A stretch of 64,000 bases of DNA from Tubiluchus corallicola (lineage: Eukaryota; Animalia; Priapulida), in NCBI GenBank assembly GCA_030141605.1, contig JAQGDQ010000057.1, positions 186,001 through 250,000 on the forward strand. The letters run 5' to 3'. The first letter of the stretch is position 1, and the number at the start of each line of letters is the position of its first letter. The translations under genes and the position numbers were made by a program. This document shows, in pieces, positions 48,161 to 64,000 of the stretch. Under the pieces are notes generated by a model, which saw only the letters and a list, made by a program, of their open reading frames with translations, made no database searches and was not told where the DNA came from.

Positions 48161-50789
48161 GCGGTAGTTTGAAACGTGTTTTCTCTTTTTTCTTAACTGT
48201 GAGATTTTTCATTAATTGTAGTTAACCTTGTCATTAAAAATTAAGTTGGCGTTATTATAATGTTAAGTATAAGGTTATCAACGACGCAATTATTTGTGGG
48301 ATTGCAACATTACAGAATTAAGAAGTGATGAAACTAGATATGTGTAGATAAATCATCATGTTATGTAGGTGCATCTATTTGTAAAATTGCTTATAATCGA
48401 GTTAGTAGCCGTCATTCTGTCGCCTGCACCATTATTCGGTGCTACAGCTTAAAAGCTGCCCTCATTTACGTGATTTCCAATATTTCATTCTGGCGATATT
48501 ATGTTTTATATTAACACTTTACAGCTATAAAATCGTTGGAACTTTTTTGTCACAAAGAAATCGGTTGTTTCATGCAGTTAAAGTTTGTTAGCAAAGATTC
48601 TGAGATAACAAAGTTACATCACTAAGTTGCGTTAAACAACAAAACGAATGTAAAAACGCTGTTTTACTTGCACAACCAATATGACATTGCCTACCACTAT
48701 TCACATGTAGTGCAAAATCAATGTCACAACACGTTAGTCATATTTCGAACCTGTCTGCGTCCCGTGTAGCCTAAAATCTTGCTATTAATGTTGCTAAAAA
48801 TAGCAACACTGAGGCCCATTTCACAGCGAGGACGCAAGGAGACTGACGTACGCAACTGCTGTCAGAGAATCAGAAAATTTTCCGATTTTTCTTGAAATCT
48901 CATGCAGCAAGAAACTTCCTTTCATAGTGAAACCTCGCGGTGTTTTCCGTGCGTCCAGTGAGCCCAGCTATTTTGTGAGTTTTACACCGTGTCTATGTCT
49001 AAATTAAGTTATACTTACCGTATTTCTCATATGCAAAGTATAATTAATGTTAGTCAATGTAATGCCAGACCTGTTTGCTTTTTTAGTAAACTTCTATTAA
49101 CCACTTCAAAATCTGAAAATATACATAAGCCTATATAGAATCAATATAAGCGTGCGTTATTTTTCTTTTTCACGAATATAGCCATAATATATAATATATA
49201 ATATTAATTATAACATATAATATGTATATATAATACTCAAGTGTAGCGTATATATATATATAAAATATTCTAGGTAATTTTAGGGATGTGAACGCTACAT
49301 CTTGTGACAGTTCAGTTAGATGATACTGATAATATTATTTAACATCGAACAGCGTAAAAGTACAGCCATTTTAACGGAAGTCAATAAAAACCTGCCTCAA
49401 CGTACGAAAATTAATTTAGTTACTTTGCGTGTATTTTTTAATTAAAATTCCATTAACAGTCACAACAACATCGTTGTTGTCATGACGGTTGATTTGAAAC
49501 AGAAATATCTTTATACTCGCTCGAGTTACACTGTCACATTAATTTCCTCTTCTAGAATATATCATGATGTGTTTCGTCTAAATTGGTGTGAATCGCATGC
49601 TGTTCTAATTAACGTTGTTTTGGTCACGCAGCACGTTGTGTTAATATCGAAAATGATAAACATGACAAACCAACGGCTTGCATAGTTCAAATTAGGAAAA
49701 AACAACAAAGGTACCAATTTTACTTGTAAAGCACTAAACATTTTTAGTGCTAAGACATTTCCATACCTAAGAATTTTTGAAACACGAAAGTTCGTGGCGA
49801 TCTTTTTACGGCCAAAATACTGACTGTTTTTGCAGTGGATGTCATAATATAAGGTAACAAACACCACTGTATTTATTTATTTATTTATTTATAAGTTTGT
49901 TTTAGCTTAACACCGTATACAAATATATATGCATACAATAAAATCAATGTATTGACCACCATATTGCAAATCTTATTGCGAGTTTTGCTTCAGACAGGAA
50001 ACATGCATGTTTTGGGTGAATAACTCACTTGTGAATAACTCTATAAATCTGTTCATTTCGCCGCGATGCCGGTGCCATCCATGTAATGCAGAAGTTTACC
50101 CTTTACCCTTGTGAGTTGAACAATGCGTGCTAAATTTTCACAAAAAAATCCATTACAAAAAATAAATAGTATTCGAAACGAGATTTCCTGGCAGTGGGGA
50201 AAAACCTAAATAAGCGAGAAATCCAGTGCTTCGCACTAGCTACCAATTTACTCATGCTGAATTCGCAGGAGGAGGAGATTACCAACACAAAAATTTAACA
50301 AAAAAACTGTCAACCTGCAAAAATTTCGCTCTCTTGTTTGTGTCTTGCTACAGTTTGGTTAAACAGTAAAAGGGTCTTCAATTAATAAAAATTAATTAAT
50401 AACAATAAACAAAAGGCATGGCGTTTCCTTTTTCACATTGATAATATTATTGAAATCAGTAGTAGTGTGATGCATGATGCTACAATCACCTAGACCAGTT
50501 GGCTTATTCCTGGGAATGACAATTTGCATTATTCGTGACGTAACAATAATTGAACGAATAATGTTCAATACAATCTTCCATTGAACCGTAGTTTAACGAA
50601 AGAACAATATTTTGTGTTTCAGTCACAAATCAACTAGCCAATTTGCTCGAGAACACAATTCGCGCAGATTTCTCACTTACAATACACTGTAGTTCAAAAA
50701 GTGATAATTAGTAGCGCAAAATCATAGCAGTCGTAAGTATGATTAATTTTGTTGCCTTTATTCTCATAGTAGGCTGCATGTACATTGTA

Positions 50790-50978
50790 CAGTCGAGCCT
50801 TTTTATACCACCCATTTTGGGACAGCAGAAAAGTTGGCGCTATAACGAGTTTGGTGTTATAACGAGGTACACTAACACAAACTTGTCTATAGAAATATGC
50901 ACATTTTGTTTTGTGAAAAATTTTGACGTTAAGGGAGGTTGGCATTATAAAGGGAGGCGTTATAACGAGGTTTGACTG
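50790..50978. mobile_element. Tc1/mariner-pogo-type MITE
   Basis: TA|CAGTCGAGCCT ... AGGTTTGACTG with repeated internal TATAACGAG motifs. Confidence 0.75.
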
Positions 50979-51340
50979 CATCAATGTTTTTACTGGAATT
51001 CGGCATCGGTTCGCTATCCGGCACTGATATTGCTGTCAATGTGAAGGGATTTCTGGAAACCCTCCGAGTCGGATATTGTCTACAGTATGTAAATTTTTAT
51101 AAGCACTGAAGTTCTGTTCACGGTGACATTCGACATCAGATTTGATTGGTGCGCTGTAAAAATGGCACCGGCAAAAAGTGGCACAAAAGCAAAAGTAGAA
51201 AAAAAGCACAAATGTTATTTTTACGAAGTTAATTTTTATAATAAAGCTAGAATGCGCTCAGTAGGAAGCAGATCTCTGGCAAAGCTGAACAATCCTAAAC
51301 TTATTTGTAAGATTATTTTGATTAAAAAACGCAAAGCTAA

Positions 51341-52604
51341 TGTGTGTGCGTGTTTATTGACTGATTAAGAGATAGTCGAACATGATACATTAGTTCAGTC
51401 CATAGATCACTACAAAAAAGGACTTTTGATCATATAACATGATCATTTCTGTCAAAAAATAACTGAAGAATTATTTACAAATTCTCACTACACACTTATT
51501 ATCGCCTAACATGATCATTACTGTCCAAAACCAGCTAAAGAGTTATTTACAAATTCACAATATGACATTGGGTTTCATCGAAAAATTCACGCAAATCATT
51601 GAAGCTCAGTTCAGTGTTATCTTCACGAAGGTGATTCGTAAGTGGACAAAAACAGATAACATACTCTTCTGTTTGAATGTTTAAGCGAGAACAGGAGCAT
51701 AGCCTGTCCTCTCTTTTTATCCTTGCCCATCTTCCAGTCTCAATAGCTAGGTTATGTGAGGAGAGGCGTAACCGAGATGTTTTAATCCTATGGAGCTCAT
51801 TTACTTTAACGCTATACATTGCACTGACAGATAGTTCGGGATTCAGATAGAGCTAGGTGCACAGTTTAGTTCTTTCGGAATCCCTGATATGTTGTTTTGT
51901 GTTCTCGAGGTCGTCAGAGATAATATCCGTTTTACGAAGGATAGCTTTCACATATTGTACACATGGTGTGTTCGCTTCCGAGCACAAATTCAATACGATT
52001 GAAAATGGGTCATCGGGCTCGTTGGCTCTCGATTCGATTATCCGTCTAAAGAACTTTGATTGCACGTTTTGAACGTACGCTTTGGCAGAAGGTCATCCTA
52101 GCTCGACTAAACATAAGTCATTAGCGGTTGTCTTCCTGACGCCAAGCAATGCTCACAGAATTGTACATAACATTTATCGGTTTAAGATTGCCAGTCAACC
52201 AAGACTCACAGCTGTAGAAAATAGATGATAGCAGGGCCGCGGCCATCACTTTCTTCTTAACCCAGAATGGGAATAATCAGTTTTTGTTCACAAATGATAC
52301 ATATTTAAGAACATGGGTAAACTTTTCTTCGCAATGTTTTTCCTGTGAGGGCTGTAACTTTCCTGAAGCACTGAACACAGATCCGAGATAAACGTAATAC
52401 TCACATATCCTAATTACTATGTTCTCGCGGATAATAACCCTTTTATCTCTTTCGTTACCGTTAATAACCATAAATTTGGTTTTAGATTCGTTAATTACCA
52501 TTCCTGACTCACGACAAAATTCTTCAAGGATGCCTATCTTTTCCAGAAGTCCTTCTCTGGTTGTCGATAGGATAACAGTATCATCCATCAATAACAAACA
52601 GTGA
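51341..52604 (-). mobile_element. 5'-truncated, frameshifted non-LTR retrotransposon (LINE): RT C-terminal half, C-terminal Cys motif and 3' UTR
   Basis: HCLLLMDDTVIL, INESKTKFM, YVYLG and RLRLSSHNLAIETGRW...RLCSC...EEYVICFCP in broken minus-strand ORFs; ends in AATAAA followed by a CA-rich tail. Confidence 0.88.
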
Positions 52605-54687
52605 ATTACAGAAACTTACACTCGGATTCGACTGAATCAGCCTTTGGACATAATTTACACAAGAAACAATCAGCTAATTGACGTGAGGTTTATTAAATGA
52701 GTTATTGTAATTAATAGCGCGTGCATCGCATAATATATATTCCATGCTTCAAATCCAAATTACTAATCCGTTCATCTTTTGCTTTACTCTTCTTGCTCTT
52801 GTGCTTTGCTAAAATTCACCGTATTCATTAGTAGAAGTATTGCATAATCGATAATAATGATTCTTTGCGATATTTGCAATTTGTAACAATTTATTAGCTA
52901 AAGACTTATTATTACTACTATTAATTTATTCTCACACATGATCATCCAACCATCGCAAATACACCAATCCTAAAATAATGGCAAAAAAGGGGCCCTATGG
53001 TAGTTCGTTGCTCTCGCATTTGGCTTTGTTTCTTACATGTACGTTTTTTGTGATTACTGTTTTGAACTACATGTGCGAAATAAAATATACCTGTCAAAAA
53101 CTTGACATTTTTAGCATCTGGCGCCCGATCATACTAACATCAGCCCCAGCTTCGTAGCCCCGAAAAATATTCTCGGGTTCTTAATCACCATAATTATTAT
53201 ATTTATACACAACACCTTCCCTTCCTGTAAGTTAAGTTTAGCAAGTGGCTTGACTTGCCTCCTAGATCAAGTTGTAGTCACCTGGGTTGAGGGTTTTGGT
53301 TTGATTTAGGGGCTGTGTTTATTCGTGATATGGAATGGGGTTTTAGGTTTGAGTGCGGGGCTGAATTCATTCATGATATGGGAAGAAGAATTAGCTTAAT
53401 TAGGGTTAGCATTTGACGTTGTAGACAGAGAAGAACTGGAACCCAAGCTGAGCCCAACCACTGGAATCACAGAAAGATCACTATTTAAGATGTTTTTCCG
53501 AAGTCAGACCATTAAAGTTCTAGTCATCAGTTGCAAATGGCTTTTGCTCCAACAGTCAAATTTTTTACAAGCCCTGATTTGATCTACATGTACGACAGGC
53601 TACGAAAAGTGACTTATTCAAGCCTACCACAAGTATGAGACTCAGGGCGTCTTTTTCCAGCTGTGTGTAGTTCTGCTCAACCTTATTTAGAGTATTCAAA
53701 GTGAATGTTTTCAGTTCTATTAAGGAATACATGTGAGATCACAGCTCCGACACCGAAGCTAAATGCATCTGCTTCTAAACGTAAATCGAGTTTTGGATTA
53801 TGATGCGCCCATTACTTGCTCACTCATAATGCACTGCTTGAGTGCTTTCTTCTGATCATTGCCCCACGCCTATACTGAATCTTTGTTTAAGATGCTTGTT
53901 TAACTGATGCACTTTACTAGAAAATTGGGAAATGAAGGTGTGATGATACCGTCTGTCCCAAATTTGGTCCTACGTTTGGGTACTTGGTAGAGATTTTTGA
54001 TACCTGGTACCTGAAGTGTTTGTCATATTTCAGATTTCAAGAATGATTACATTATTTTTAACTAAATCAGATGGTGACTTAATTGTAGGCTCTGTTTTCT
54101 AGTAGCTACTTTTACGATGTTCGGCTGATAGTCAAAACTAGTTAAATTGTCTGTTATTTTTAGTTTAGCGTCCGGAATTCATAGGTCGTCATTTACGCTT
54201 AATTTAAGTTGGTACCTCGTCGCTCCAAGTGCCAATTTGATCCGACGTTTAAGGTGTTTGGCAGGCACCTTATATGCCTGCCATTATCAATTGGGATTTC
54301 TTGGATCATAAGCTATTATACAAAATTAAACCTGGATCAGTATCCCTTATCTTTTATCTAGGCCATTTTCGGTGTTCCTTAGGGGCACGCTAAGGGCTAT
54401 ATATGCGAATGGCCTCCCCCAGCAGATGTCCATAGCTGAATATCACGCGTTATGTCCAAAACTTCTTATGTAAGTAAATATTGGTATCTTGCTCGATTTA
54501 TGTAGATATTAATTTGCACACATTGTTGACTAGAAGTCCACTAACTTAATTGTCAAAGTACCAGCTGCGTGGAGCTATGAAATCAAATGTAATTCTTGTC
54601 AGTTTTTCTGAAGATCTGCCGTGCTACATTCCTGCAAATTTTTTGGACTAAGGCCAAAATCTTTCTTTGTTTTTCAGTCAACCCTAA

Positions 54688-63320
<8,633 letters not shown>

Positions 63321-63725
63321 GTGAGTACATATGCTTTTTGGTTGACCATATCTAGCTAAAATTCACAAATTTAACAGAATAAAAAACTGCTATTTTAGTC
63401 TGCTAAATAATAGTAATAGTGATGATGATAAAAACAAAGAGAGTGGTAACAACGACAACAGCAACTGCAACAGCTATTGCACAGAATTTCTGGACTGAAA
63501 TGTCACTTTAATCTTGCTAGGCAGTTTACTTAGAAGGACCATCCGTGTGAATTAACGCCAACACATATTGTGCGTTGTAAATCGTCACAATGCACTGACA
63601 TCGCAATAGTAAATGTGAATGTAAATCTGTGAACACATCAGTGAATGTGCATCAGTGAACTCACTTAAGTCACTTTAGTATCTTATAACGAGTGAAGAAC
63701 TTGTGATACGAACATTTTTTCACAG

Positions 63726-63802
63726 TCAGCTCTCTGTCAGGGTGGCCACCAGGTGGCTTGTATCAATGCAGGTTCTCGAAGTTCTGCGGAATATGCCATC
63801 AG
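63726..63802 (+). CDS. Candidate cytoplasmic exon of the IgSF gene
   Basis: ttttttcacag acceptor and AG|gtgagt donor; all three frames open, so the frame is uncertain. Confidence 0.45.
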
Positions 63803-64000
63803 GTGAGTGTGTGGAGATGACTCAAATGACAAAATGGAAGCAGTTCTCTTAATTTGTAGAAAACGTTGTGCAAGCAAACGTTTTCCGAGTCCTTTTTTCG
63901 ATTGAGGGGACCTGGAGATAAGTGAACGTGGAAAGTAGGGAAAGGAACAGAGATCGAGGAACTGAGGCACTAGGACGTATCTAGTAGGTTACTGCTTAGG

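Overview
AT-rich, intron-rich invertebrate animal genomic DNA, not prokaryotic. Three protein-coding genes, all on the + strand, were reconstructed by hand from GT-AG splice sites. (1) The last 19 coding exons (16198-37693) of a natriuretic-peptide-receptor-type (NPR1/NPR2-like) receptor guanylyl cyclase; its 5' exon(s) lie upstream of the window. (2) A two-exon DEG/ENaC (ASIC-like) channel gene (44711-46528) with a single 1-nt frameshift just before TM2. (3) A type-I membrane Ig-superfamily gene (54688 to at least 63320) with a signal peptide, 4 Ig domains and a TM segment; the last two Ig domains are atypical. Introns and intergenic DNA contain TTAA-flanked Kolobok-like MITEs, other MITEs, LINE remnants, a Penelope/Naiad-like remnant with candidate SECIS and hammerhead relics, a perfect 32-bp hairpin, and many micro- and minisatellites. 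Most short ORFs in the supplied track are repeat artefacts. No confidently new biological system was found; the best leads are listed as findings.
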